Of a DNA stretch of 64,000 nucleotides, positions 11,554 to 21,007 are shown piece by piece. A program made the translations under genes and the position numbers. A model generated the notes under the pieces. The model did no database searches, was not told the origin of the DNA, and was given only the letters and a program-made list of their open reading frames with translations. Numbering within the stretch: position 1 is the stretch's first letter; every line of letters begins with the position of its first letter. The stretch is from Candidatus Marinacidobacterales bacterium. GTDB taxonomy: Bacteria > Acidobacteriota > Vicinamibacteria > Marinacidobacterales > DATDRI01. Location of the stretch: assembly GCA_965226495.1 (NCBI GenBank), contig OZ245365.1:5376001-5440000 (forward strand), given 5' to 3'.

Positions 11554-12240
11554 GTGCTGGCGAACCTGACCGATTGGTATAACAACCTGAGCCCGGAAAC
11601 GAACATGGTCGTTCGTTGTACGATCAGTATGCTCCTCGGTGGCGTAATCGGCATCTACGTCCGGGAGCTCTACAAGCGTTGCAGTACCTCCCTTTCGAAT
11701 CGGGAGAGCTTCGCGAACATTTTTCCGGTACTCACTGCGGTCACCGTGGTGATCATTTTCGTGGTCAAGTCATCGCTAGCGCTGTCTCTGGGGCTGGTCG
11801 GAGCACTCTCCATCGTTCGGTTCCGAACCGCCATCAAGACCCCAGAGGAGCTCGTCTACTTGTTTTTCTGTATCGGAGTCGGCCTCGCTCTCGGAGCAGA
11901 ACATCGGCTACTAGCCTTCGTGGCGGTCTTCGTCGTTTCGGTCTTTATCTTGAGCCGCCGCTTTCTTACCAAGAGGGCCCGTCAGCACAATCTGCTTCTT
12001 ACCGTCACCGGTGATGCGGATCGCTTCTTCGAGAAGTCCGGAGGCAACGTGGTGGACATCCTCAAAGAAACCACAAAGAGCCTCACCATTCAGCGTTTCG
12101 ACCTCGAGGAGGGGCAGGTTCAATTCCGCGCTAACGTCTCTCTGCAGAGTCCGGATGAAACCACCGCCCTCATGTTCGCCCTCCAGACAAAACTTCCACA
12201 GCTGCAAGTTTCCTACGTGAATCTAGATTCGCTGCTCTAG
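11554..12240 (+). CDS. DUF4956 membrane protein (stand-alone)
   Basis: SLALSLGLVGALSIVRFRTAIKTPEELVYLFFCIGVGLALGA. N-terminal transmembrane helices and a soluble C-terminus. GTG 11554 follows AAGGAAG. Confidence 0.9.
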   Translation: MLANLTDWYNNLSPETNMVVRCTISMLLGGVIGIYVRELYKRCSTSLSNRESFANIFPVLTAVTVVIIFVVKSSLALSLGLVGALSIVRFRTAIKTPEELVYLFFCIGVGLALGAEHRLLAFVAVFVVSVFILSRRFLTKRARQHNLLLTVTGDADRFFEKSGGNVVDILKETTKSLTIQRFDLEEGQVQFRANVSLQSPDETTALMFALQTKLPQLQVSYVNLDSLL

Positions 12241-12250
12241 TGTTCTGCGC

Positions 12251-13465
12251 TTAGGGCTGGTCGAGGAGTGCCAGGAGTGTCCTGCGGCGGGACAGGAGGC
12301 GTTCTTGGAAAACGAGCATCCTTTTCGTCCGGTCGGTACGCGCGGCTAACTGCACTTCCTCAGGAAGCCCGCTGTCGATCTTCTCCACCGTCTCCCTGAC
12401 GTTTCGCAAGGTAGCGATTAGCTTCTCTTCCGTCAGAAGGCCTTCTAAGAGACTACGGAGGACGCGTTTGTATCAAGAATATAGCTGCTTGTCTTCACGA
12501 ATGACGAAATCGAGATCCATTTCGCAAGCGTAGAGCAAGGGGTCGCGAAGCACCAACCCTGCCCGAATCGGCATCTCTTGAACGTCATCGTAATCCCAAG
12601 CCACCAAATCGAGCCGTCCCCACTGAGCATCTTTAGCTCGCTCTTCGAAGAGGTAGAGCTCGTTGCGAGAGTCTCCGTTCTCGGACAGGCTGTTGAACGC
12701 CAGCCAGCGAAGGTAGCGGTCAAGGTTCATTTTGCGATCTAGCTCGTCCTCCAAGGCCTTGCCGTTCTCTTTCCTCGTCGCGCGCCGTATCGAGTGCACA
12801 AGGCTCAACGGATCGGACTGAGGGATTGAGTATTTGACGGAGTACTTCACTCTTGCTCTCCGACCGTTTGGCCGTATCACGGAGACTACGTTAGATGAGC
12901 TCCGGCGGATGGCGTCCTCGGGTCGCTCGACCAATAAGTAGAGTCCTTGCGGTTTTCCATTGATAAAGATGCTCACGTACTGAAAATAGCTTGGAAAAAG
13001 GCCCAGCTTCGCAAGAAGACGATAGCCGGTGACCATCTCGAAACGATGCGGATCGAAGAGCATGTTCAGCAGAAGGAATTTGCGGAGCTTGACCTCAGTG
13101 AATCTCTGCGTTTCGAACAGGGTGACTAGAAAGCTCTTGCGTTCCGACCACCTGGTCGTCGCCCCGCGAACGCGCAGCATCGCCGGCATGGCCGGCCCGC
13201 TGGCAAACGAGATATCCACTTGCGCCTGGAATCTGAGGCGTTTCCGGAAATCCAGGACGACGCTTTCCGGCATGCCCAGGTCGACTCTGAGACCTGGCCG
13301 ATCGATTCGCCGCTCGGTAAAAATGCGCCGGGCCTTCCCTTGCTCGGGCAGTGTGTCGAAGCCAGTTCCTTGTTCCGTATCGGGGAGGCTAAGCGCAACG
13401 AAGATCCCGATCGCCACCAGGACCAACGGGAGAAGGAGCCAAGGGAAGAGGGAGCGCAAACGCAT
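12251..13465 (-). CDS. Membrane-anchored CotH-family kinase with an in-frame TGA at 12473-12475
   Basis: N-terminal transmembrane anchor. Motifs LRVRGATT...RKSF, GKPQGLYLLVERP, NGD and VAWDYD. The frame stays open after the TGA (YKRVLRSLLEG...LLALLDQP*) to TAA at 12251. Confidence 0.78.
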
Positions 13466-13502
13466 CCGTTTCGTTGGGCCCTAAGACGGGGTGAAACCAG
13501 CG

Positions 13503-14969
13503 TTACTCAGTCGCCGAGGAGCCATCCAATAAGCCGAGTTGCAGACAGCCTTGCACGTATTTGGACGATTTCGTGACATAAGGCTCGATGGGATGCAGCA
13601 ATGCTCTCAGCGCTTCACTGTTGGCGGTCGGAATCTTGGCCTCCAGGATCACAAGCTCTGACCCCTTGGTGCCGAACGCCTTTCGTGGACGGTTCAACCC
13701 CCTCTGAGAGTAGCTGACGATATCCTCATCCAACGTGATGCGCGCCGGGCTTCCCGATGCGCGAAAATACTCGCGCCGATACCGTGTCATCAGGACCGCC
13801 TCTGGACGGGCCAGCAGCATTTCTGCTGCAGGCACTGGCAAAACCCTCTGCAGCTCGGCCAAGATTTCACGATAGGTCATATCTCCCAACGGCTGATGTG
13901 CACGGAGCTCAACACGTTCTTTGTGAATCATGGAGTCGACGCGCCTCTTGATTTCGAAAAAAAATCGCCCGCGGCGGTCATCGTCATCGTACCAGCGAAG
14001 CCTGACTTTCGCCCTTCGCGGCACACCATCCAAGTTCTCTTGACAGCCGCTCAGTCGAACGTCGTCGTAATAGATAGTGCTGACCACCGAACTAGGTCCG
14101 TTGTGTATGATACGCTGACAGTTAACCTCGAGTATCGAGCGCACTTTCGCTACATCGGCGTTAGGGAGGGCAAACTTCACTTCTCGACGCGACAGATCGA
14201 CTCCTGATGATTCTCGCGGCTCCTCGACCACTTCCAGTTTCGCCGACGACGCGGCGGTCACCTTACCGGCCCGCTCAGAAATCGCCTTCCCACCGCCCGC
14301 CTGAACGTCGTCGATAGCGACAGAGGATACCTTGAGTTGAGGGAGCACCCCTCGGAGCTCCTCCAAAACGTCAGTCGTTTCCTCAGTTGCTTCTAGAGTC
14401 AACATGGCGCGGAGCTCCACTCGGTCGCCATCCTGGTCGAGCCGCTGAAACGTAACTGGCTTGATCTTGCTCAAGCGCTCCAGACCGGACAAGCCATCAC
14501 TAGGGAAAAAGTGCTCCGCGTCGCCGGCAATTTTCAGGATCAGCGTCCTCTCATAGGCTGGATGATTCGCGACCTGGCGGAAGATGACGAACGTGGCCAC
14601 AATCACCGCGGCGACGAGGGCGAGAGTAAGCTGACCTGCACCTAGCGCCAAGCCCATCGAGACGCAGAACAACAGGTAAACAATCTCCTCCGGGCTCTTG
14701 ATAGGTCCCCGGAACCGGACAATCGTGAGTGCTCCAATTAGACCCAGCGAAAGAGCAAGCGATGCCTGAACGACCGCGATGACGACGATGGTCGTCATCG
14801 TGAAGAGCGGAAACATTCTTGCGAACTCCTCCCGGTCGGACGCAGTGGTTCCGAAGTGTTTGTAGAGCGCTCCAATGAAAAGCGCCAAGAGCCCTCCCAA
14901 GGTAAGGTTGAGTCCAAAAAACAAGAGGGCTCGAACGTCTTCTGGAGCCAAACCTAGGGAAATGTTCAT
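13503..14969 (-). CDS. DUF4956-VTC (polyphosphate polymerase/CYTH-like) fusion protein
   Basis: N-terminal half has SLALSLGLIGALTIVRFRGPIKSPEE. C-terminal half has VTC motifs RREVKF, STIYYDD, KVRLRWY, FEIKRR, YRREYF, RITLD, ILEAK and SKY. Confidence 0.9.
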   Translation of the reverse strand: MNISLGLAPEDVRALLFFGLNLTLGGLLALFIGALYKHFGTTASDREEFARMFPLFTMTTIVVIAVVQASLALSLGLIGALTIVRFRGPIKSPEEIVYLLFCVSMGLALGAGQLTLALVAAVIVATFVIFRQVANHPAYERTLILKIAGDAEHFFPSDGLSGLERLSKIKPVTFQRLDQDGDRVELRAMLTLEATEETTDVLEELRGVLPQLKVSSVAIDDVQAGGGKAISERAGKVTAASSAKLEVVEEPRESSGVDLSRREVKFALPNADVAKVRSILEVNCQRIIHNGPSSVVSTIYYDDVRLSGCQENLDGVPRRAKVRLRWYDDDDRRGRFFFEIKRRVDSMIHKERVELRAHQPLGDMTYREILAELQRVLPVPAAEMLLARPEAVLMTRYRREYFRASGSPARITLDEDIVSYSQRGLNRPRKAFGTKGSELVILEAKIPTANSEALRALLHPIEPYVTKSSKYVQGCLQLGLLDGSSATE

Positions 14970-15002
14970 TGGGTGCTCATTTCCATTCGAGAGCGGCTCG
15001 AA

Positions 15003-15674
15003 TCAACTCGCCACCCGTACTCCGGAGCGAAGCGTCACGATCCCGGTGGCTGCTAGCCACAACGCCCATAGGTGAAAGATGGGCAAGTAGAAATGCAGGT
15101 CATCGGGGAAACCCATGGTCACCGCCATTGCACCGACCCCAATGACCGCTGGAATGACGCCGAGCCACACCGGCAGTATTTTCCACTTCAATAGACCGGC
15201 TGCCGTGACCAGCAACCCAAAGCCCGAGAAGACACGCCCAAATCGAACGAGACAGGTGATGTATTCCGTGTCGGTTCGCAGCGAGTCGATGTAGCTGCGA
15301 ATCTCCGCCCCCGACTTTCCGACCATCTCGAGAGCGCCCCAAGCACCGAAATGATAGTAGAACGCCGCACCTGCCGCACCCACCATCAGCCCCGCCACCG
15401 TGACCGCCACGCCGGGCCAAATCAAAATCCGCGCTTCCGCGTCGGTGAGTAACGCCCCTAAAGCAACCAACGCCATAACGGATACAACAATACCGAAGAA
15501 ATGAATCCGGTACATCCATATCCAGAACCTTAGGTTCTCAGCGACCGCGGAGAAATCTCCGACTTGGAAGAACGTCCCGATGCGGGTTGGGAGGAAAATC
15601 CATCCGAGCCACAGAAGCAAACCAGCGGCTAGGAATGCTGACCCTGTTACCTGCGTGCTGAAGTCGCGTTTCAT
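15003..15674 (-). CDS. Hypothetical multi-pass membrane protein
   Basis: About 6 hydrophobic segments. No family recognised with confidence. Confidence 0.7.
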   Translation of the reverse strand: MKRDFSTQVTGSAFLAAGLLLWLGWIFLPTRIGTFFQVGDFSAVAENLRFWIWMYRIHFFGIVVSVMALVALGALLTDAEARILIWPGVAVTVAGLMVGAAGAAFYYHFGAWGALEMVGKSGAEIRSYIDSLRTDTEYITCLVRFGRVFSGFGLLVTAAGLLKWKILPVWLGVIPAVIGVGAMAVTMGFPDDLHFYLPIFHLWALWLAATGIVTLRSGVRVAS

Positions 15675-15838
15675 CAAGATCTCGTTCTCCCAGAAGCGGC
15701 GGTTACCGAGATTGTCGTAGTACCACCACGTAGCTTCCTTCGAGGGCCGATGCGCGATCGGAGGGAAACCTCACGGCGCGCACCGAGCGTGAAGGCCACA
15801 ACCGAAGGGCAACCACAGCGGAAGGGCCTCGAGAAAAA

Positions 15839-16243
15839 TCACTTCGCTTCACTGATCTCGAGTAGGTGCCCGTCGGGGTCTCGGAAGAAACATCGCACTT
15901 CGGCGCCCCAGTCGTGCGGCGGCGTCAAGAACTCGGCTCCGCGTGATTTCAAGATTTCGTGAGCTTCCCGGCAATCCGGTACGCGTATCGTCATGGCGTG
16001 GCTCACACTCGCGAGGTCGCTTGAGGGCTCGAACGTCACCCCCGGCTTGTCCTCACTCGGCGCTCCTCCCGTCACCAGAAGGAGCCAGCTTCCCTGAAAT
16101 TGCAGGACGCACGACGTCCCTCCGTACTCCCGGTAAACGGTGGCACCCAGGACGTCACGATAGAAAACCTTCGCCCGCTCAAAGTCACCTACCACCAAAA
16201 TGTGGGTGAGCTCCATTCCCTCTTTCGGAAAGCGACCATCCAT
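15839..16243 (-). CDS. VOC (glyoxalase/bleomycin resistance) family protein
   Basis: LTHILVVGDFERAKVFYRDVLG and FFRDPDGHLLEI. Confidence 0.9.
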   Translation of the reverse strand: MDGRFPKEGMELTHILVVGDFERAKVFYRDVLGATVYREYGGTSCVLQFQGSWLLLVTGGAPSEDKPGVTFEPSSDLASVSHAMTIRVPDCREAHEILKSRGAEFLTPPHDWGAEVRCFFRDPDGHLLEISEAK

Positions 16244-16362
16244 CCCAATATCCTTTTCTAACACGAAGCTCTTGTTCCTTTATTCCCTCGTCCCCCGAGG
16301 GGGGACTGCGGGCGTCAATCTTGCTATCAATCCATGAGGTCAGACGCCGGGTGAGGGGGCCT

Positions 16363-16986
16363 CTAATCTTCAGAAGTGTACGTGAAGTCCTTGGCAAATC
16401 CACAGCGACCGCTCACCTCCCACTGGAGCGGAGCATCGTTCATCCGAAAGATCTCGGCCACGATCTCTTGTCCCGGTTCATCGGCTCCCGGAATCCCACA
16501 GAAGACCGGCGTGTCGACGACAGCCGGCTTGGCGGTCCGCGCCTTCACGAAATCCCCCACATCCATCCGCTCACTTCCGGACGTGTGGTCCAGCGCGATA
16601 CGAGCCGATCGCACCGCGTAGACATCGTCTATTGCGTGTGCAAAATTACGGAGCGTCCCGCCGCCACTTCGACCCAGGAAGATGTCGGTCAGAGCTTCTT
16701 TGTGCTCGGTGCCGGCCCCTTCGTCTATGTAGAGAACGACACGCCATGGCGGCCACTTCGTACCCGCCGGCGAAGGCTCATCTCTGCGATAGGTGCCAGC
16801 CATCACGACTGAAAGCCCGGAGAGGTCCAGCGTGTCAGAGCGCCCGTCACTGATGCACCAAGAAAGGGCGAAGTCGCAGGTGTCATACGACGCGCGCCGG
16901 AGGTTCCGATGGGCTCGGCACGGGCACACCGCCTCGCAATTGCATACTTCATAGTAAGTCCCCGAAAGATGCCACGGCTTTCCCAT
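16363..16986 (-). CDS. DUF1326 family putative metal-binding protein
   Basis: WHLSGTYYEVCNCEAVCPC motif. Adjacent to a DUF2182 gene. Confidence 0.85.
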   Translation of the reverse strand: MGKPWHLSGTYYEVCNCEAVCPCRAHRNLRRASYDTCDFALSWCISDGRSDTLDLSGLSVVMAGTYRRDEPSPAGTKWPPWRVVLYIDEGAGTEHKEALTDIFLGRSGGGTLRNFAHAIDDVYAVRSARIALDHTSGSERMDVGDFVKARTAKPAVVDTPVFCGIPGADEPGQEIVAEIFRMNDAPLQWEVSGRCGFAKDFTYTSED

Positions 16987-17007
16987 GTCACACGCTCCGC
17001 TGCATTA

Positions 17008-17757
17008 TCATTTCATATCCAGGCCGGAGTAAAGTGCCGGAAACCAGGCCACCGCAACCGCCAAGGCTAAACAACCCCAGCCGACCGCGCGAGGAAACGC
17101 CTCGTTGGTCGTCCACGTCTTTTCGATCGCGATCACCACGCTCAGAATCAACATTGCGCCAATGTTCATGACGCCGAACACAAACATGAGAACCATTAGC
17201 GCCCAGCAACACCCCAAACAGTAGGCTCCGTGGTGTGCGCCGACGCGAAAGTGGCGGAGCGTCCCACGCCACGACGCATATTCCAGAAGCAGAGAAAACG
17301 GAGCGCGGCACTTTGCAAGGCACCTGTACTTGATCGAGCTCGGCTGGTAGACGCCGCAAGTGGCGAAGGTCGTCGCGGCGACTAACTTGGCGACTGCGAC
17401 GTTATTGAGCACAACGAGCTCAACCAGTGACCAAGCCAACATGAAGGCCACCCCTCCGCTCGCCCCCCAGACGACGAGATAGCCGGTCGCGAAAGACGTC
17501 AGACCGAACCATTTTTGCGAATGAATCATCTTCGTGTACCTGGAAGCGAGCGGGGCCACGGACGGTAACATCATCGCCGCCATCATCAACGACCACATGG
17601 CAATGAAAGAAGGAAGAGACGTGCCCATGGCTCCAGGCATCTCCTCCATCGAGCGTGCTTGGCGCACGGTAACGGCCCACGCGGTGGCCGCCACTGTGAA
17701 TACCACCCCCGATGTGGGTGTCAGCCAGCTTCGGTCTGCAGGTCCGTTGTTCCCCAT
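17008..17757 (-). CDS. DUF2182 putative metal-binding integral membrane protein
   Basis: WSLMMAAMMLPS, KYRCLAKCRAP and GAYCLGCCWALM. Start moved to ATG 17757. Confidence 0.88.
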   Translation of the reverse strand: MGNNGPADRSWLTPTSGVVFTVAATAWAVTVRQARSMEEMPGAMGTSLPSFIAMWSLMMAAMMLPSVAPLASRYTKMIHSQKWFGLTSFATGYLVVWGASGGVAFMLAWSLVELVVLNNVAVAKLVAATTFATCGVYQPSSIKYRCLAKCRAPFSLLLEYASWRGTLRHFRVGAHHGAYCLGCCWALMVLMFVFGVMNIGAMLILSVVIAIEKTWTTNEAFPRAVGWGCLALAVAVAWFPALYSGLDMK

Positions 17758-18144
17758 CACTCGAACGCCTAGGGAACGGATGTCGAAGTGACCGTTGTCA
17801 TCCGCCACTCGCCATCCACTTTCTCGAAAGTCGAGGTGAAGGGCGAAATGAATTGGCGGTGACGGCCGCCGCCCGTTTCGTGATGCGGTCCGGCGAGCTC
17901 CTTGGCTCTTCTGCCGGCGGACACCCAATTGAGAGGACGAACATGGCGATTGTGGTGTCTTCGATCAACATGACGGTTACCCGGGCCGGAAGCCTTATCG
18001 TAGCCCACCGGCCGGGTGTCTGAAAACGTCGGTCCCCCACTGCGCCGTTTTTGGTCTAGAATAGAGCCCCCGTGGCAAGATGAACAGCCTGCGGTGGCTG
18101 TCAGTGCGTCGCCAAACGCCGCGTCCTAGGAGTCATTAGAGACA

Positions 18145-20013
18145 TTGAGCTCGACCAAAACCAAGAAAGAAGTCATCCGCGACGAGGCCCTGGAGCTCGA
18201 CCATCTCTATCAGACGGCCCCGGTAGGGCTTTGTCTGCTGGACCGGAACCTCCGCTACCTCCGGATCAACGAGTTGCTGGCCGAGATCCACGGCAAACCG
18301 GTCTCCGAGCACATCGGCCGATCCGTCCAAGAGGTCCTTCCGGCGCTGGCGCAAACCATCGTGCCGATGCACCAGAGGGTTCTCGAGACCGGGCAGCCCC
18401 TGCTCAATATCGATGTCCATGGGACGACTCCGGCGGAACCGGATGTGGAGAAGGACTGGCTGGCAAACCATTACCCGCTTTTGTCCGAGGACGGAAGTGT
18501 CGTTGGAATCAGCGTGGTGGTGCAAGACATAACCGAGCGGAAACGCGCCGAGCAGAGAGTGCGAGACAGCGAGGAGCTCCTCCGCGTCATGGCGGACGCG
18601 TTGCCGGCGCTCGTCGCCTACGTCGACTCCGAGCAGCGCTACCGATTCACAAACGCCGCCTACGAGGACTGGTTCGGCGTCTCCCGCAAGGAGTCTCGAG
18701 GACGTTTCATTAAGGACGTCCTCGGACAGAGCATGTACGAGAAGGTGCAGCCCCACGTGGAAACCGCGCTATCGGGCCAGAATGCAACCTTCGAAGTGGA
18801 GGTCCCTCACCCCGGCGGAGATCCCGGTGTCCTCGAGGCCACTCTCGTGCCGGACGCCCCGGATGGCGGCCGAGTGCACGGTTTCTACGTCTTGGCTCAC
18901 AACATCACGGCCCGTAAACGCACGGAAGTCGCACTCGCCAAAAGCGAGGAGCGACTGCGCCAACTCCTCGAGTCGACCAACGTCATTCCGTGGGAGGCAG
19001 AATGCAAGACTTGGCAGTTCACCTACGTGGGACCCCAAGCCGTCAGGATCCTCGGGTACCCGACCGACCGATGGTATGAACCCGACTTTTGGGCCGAGCA
19101 TATCCACCCCGAAGATCGGCGGAGTGCCCTCGAGTTCTGCGAAACTTCTTCGCAACTGTCCAGGGAGTACGAGTTCGAATATCGCATGATCTCATCGACG
19201 GGTTCGGTCGTTTGGCTCCACGACCTGGTAAGCGTGGAAAGCGAAAATGGCATTCCGGTAACACTCCGCGGCTTCATGGTCGACATCACCGAGCGCAAAC
19301 AGGCCGAAGAAGCGCTTCGCGAGAGCACCGCCGCACTTCGGCATAGCCACGCGCAGATCCAGCACCTCGCTGGCAAACTGATTGCCGCCCAAGAGGAGGA
19401 ACGGAAGCGCGTCGCTCGCGAGCTCCATGACGATGTAAATCAAAAACTGGCCGCCCTCGCCATCACCCTTAGTAAAATGAAAAAGGGCCTCGACCCATCA
19501 GATGGCGTTCACGATCAGGTGACGGAGCTTCAGAGACGAACCACCGAGTTGACCGACGACGTGCGACGACTATCTCACCGGCTCCATCCGGCGACCATGG
19601 AGCACGTTGGTTTGGTGGCGGCTTTGAAGTCTTATTGCGCGCAATTCAGCAGTAATGCAGGAATCCCGATTCAGATGAATCTTCCGGATGATTTGCAGCC
19701 GGTGTCTCCGGATGTCGCTCTATGTCTGTATCGGGTGACGCAAGAGTCACTTCAAAATATCAGCAAACACTCTGGAGCTCGGGAAGCGTGCGTTACGCTC
19801 ACGGAAGCGGATGGCGATCTCCGTTTACGCGTCTCCGACACGGGGGTCGGCTTCGACGTGCAGGGTGAAACGGCCAGAAAGGGCCTAGGGTTAGTCAGTA
19901 TGGAAGAGCGGGTGCGTCTAGTGGGAGGTACCTTGCTCTTGACGTCTCGCCCAGGAACGGGGACCGAGCTCGAGGCGAAAGTGCCAGCGCTCCCGGCGGA
20001 GGAGCTCGCGTGA
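18145..20013 (+). CDS. Cytoplasmic multi-PAS sensor histidine kinase (HisKA_3/NarX-like)
   Basis: Three PAS/PAC repeats ending DITERK, NITARK and DITERK. H-box EERKRVARELHDDVNQ. HATPase motifs DTGVGF and GLGLVSMEERV. Confidence 0.93.
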   Translation: MSSTKTKKEVIRDEALELDHLYQTAPVGLCLLDRNLRYLRINELLAEIHGKPVSEHIGRSVQEVLPALAQTIVPMHQRVLETGQPLLNIDVHGTTPAEPDVEKDWLANHYPLLSEDGSVVGISVVVQDITERKRAEQRVRDSEELLRVMADALPALVAYVDSEQRYRFTNAAYEDWFGVSRKESRGRFIKDVLGQSMYEKVQPHVETALSGQNATFEVEVPHPGGDPGVLEATLVPDAPDGGRVHGFYVLAHNITARKRTEVALAKSEERLRQLLESTNVIPWEAECKTWQFTYVGPQAVRILGYPTDRWYEPDFWAEHIHPEDRRSALEFCETSSQLSREYEFEYRMISSTGSVVWLHDLVSVESENGIPVTLRGFMVDITERKQAEEALRESTAALRHSHAQIQHLAGKLIAAQEEERKRVARELHDDVNQKLAALAITLSKMKKGLDPSDGVHDQVTELQRRTTELTDDVRRLSHRLHPATMEHVGLVAALKSYCAQFSSNAGIPIQMNLPDDLQPVSPDVALCLYRVTQESLQNISKHSGAREACVTLTEADGDLRLRVSDTGVGFDVQGETARKGLGLVSMEERVRLVGGTLLLTSRPGTGTELEAKVPALPAEELA

Positions 20014-20711
20014 CGCGCCCTCGAGTGCTACTGGCGGATGACCACGCTATCGTCACCGAGGGCCTGAAGAGAGCATCCTGGACCCGGAGTTCGAGCTCGT
20101 AGGAACGGTGGAAGACGGCCGCGCCATGCTGCTCGCCGCCGAAGAGCTTCAACCGGACGTTATTGTCGCCGACATCACGATGCCCTCCTTGAACGGGCTC
20201 GATGCCGTTCGGCAGCTGAAAAAGAAGAACGCCAGAGCAAAAGTCGTCTTCTTGACCATGCATTCGGACGCCGACCTCGCGACGGAAGCGTTTCGGGCCG
20301 GAGCGTCTGGCTACCTTCTCAAGCAGTCGGCGTTCGTTTGCCATGCATTCGGACGCCGACCTCGTGCTGAAGGGTCGGGTTTATTTGACCGGTGAGGAGC
20401 TCATCACCGCCATCCACACCGTGCTGAAGGGTCGGGTTTATTTGACCCCGCTCATTCAGCAGGAGGTATTGGAAGCCTTCATGAAGGCCGGGGGCGAGCC
20501 CGAAAGGGCCTCGGTGGAGTTGACGGCACGCCAGCGAGAAGTCCTCCAGCTGGTCGCCGAAGGCCACACGATGAAGGAGATCGCTTCCGCCCTGAGCGTG
20601 TCGACGCGTACCGTGGAGTCGCACAAGTACGATCTAATGGAAAAACTGGGTCTCCAAACAACCGCGGAGCTGATCCAGTATGCCATCAAACGTGGGATCG
20701 TTTCCCTGTAA
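20010..20711 (+). pseudogene. NarL/LuxR-family response regulator, disrupted in this sequence by a 2-bp insertion near 20070 and an insertion of about 58 bp at 20333-20390
   Basis: GTG overlaps the kinase stop. VLLADDHAIVTEGL, DITMPSLNG and the HTH LTARQREVLQLVAEGHTMKEIA lie in different frames. Confidence 0.8.
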
Positions 20712-20741
20712 CCTCTTCTAAACCCGAACTTCCGCCGTTTC

Positions 20742-20780
20742 TCCGTAAAAATTCGTGGCGGAAATCCGTAGTTTTACGGG
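20742..20780 (+). promoter_or_regulatory. Tandem palindromic operator (TCCGTA-N4-TACGGA type), copy 1
   Basis: tccgtaaaaattcgtg at 20742 and tccgtagttttacggg at 20765. Confidence 0.65.
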
Positions 20781-21007
20781 TAGATTCGGCCCCCGCCGCC
20801 AGGGCAAACTTACAGCTCGCAGGGGGGGATATCAGAGCAGTGCAGCCCTCATGACTTTCCCATTGACGACCCGGCCCCGAGGGGCAGGCCGCCCCCCTGC
20901 ATCCTTTCTTTTTCTTAGAGATACTTCCCCTAACTCTACTAGGTTTGATTCACCGCCTTGTTGGGTGTACTTTTGTCACCCCTGAAAGCGATGCGGAAGG
21001 AGAGATT

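Noticed and set aside
12473-12475. Selenocysteine codon in CotH
   Set aside because: The position is not a Cys/redox site and there is no evident SECIS hairpin. CGA>TGA is the simpler explanation.
17769-18040. Possible NTF2/SnoaL-like gene remnant (FTSTFEKVDGEWRM)
   Set aside because: Only a short C-terminal motif is present and the plausible pieces lie in different frames, which is too weak to call.
20256-20447. CRISPR-like or DGR-like short repeats
   Set aside because: There are two different repeats of two copies each, both identical to coding sequence. There are no spacers, no cas or reverse transcriptase genes, and no A-specific mismatches.
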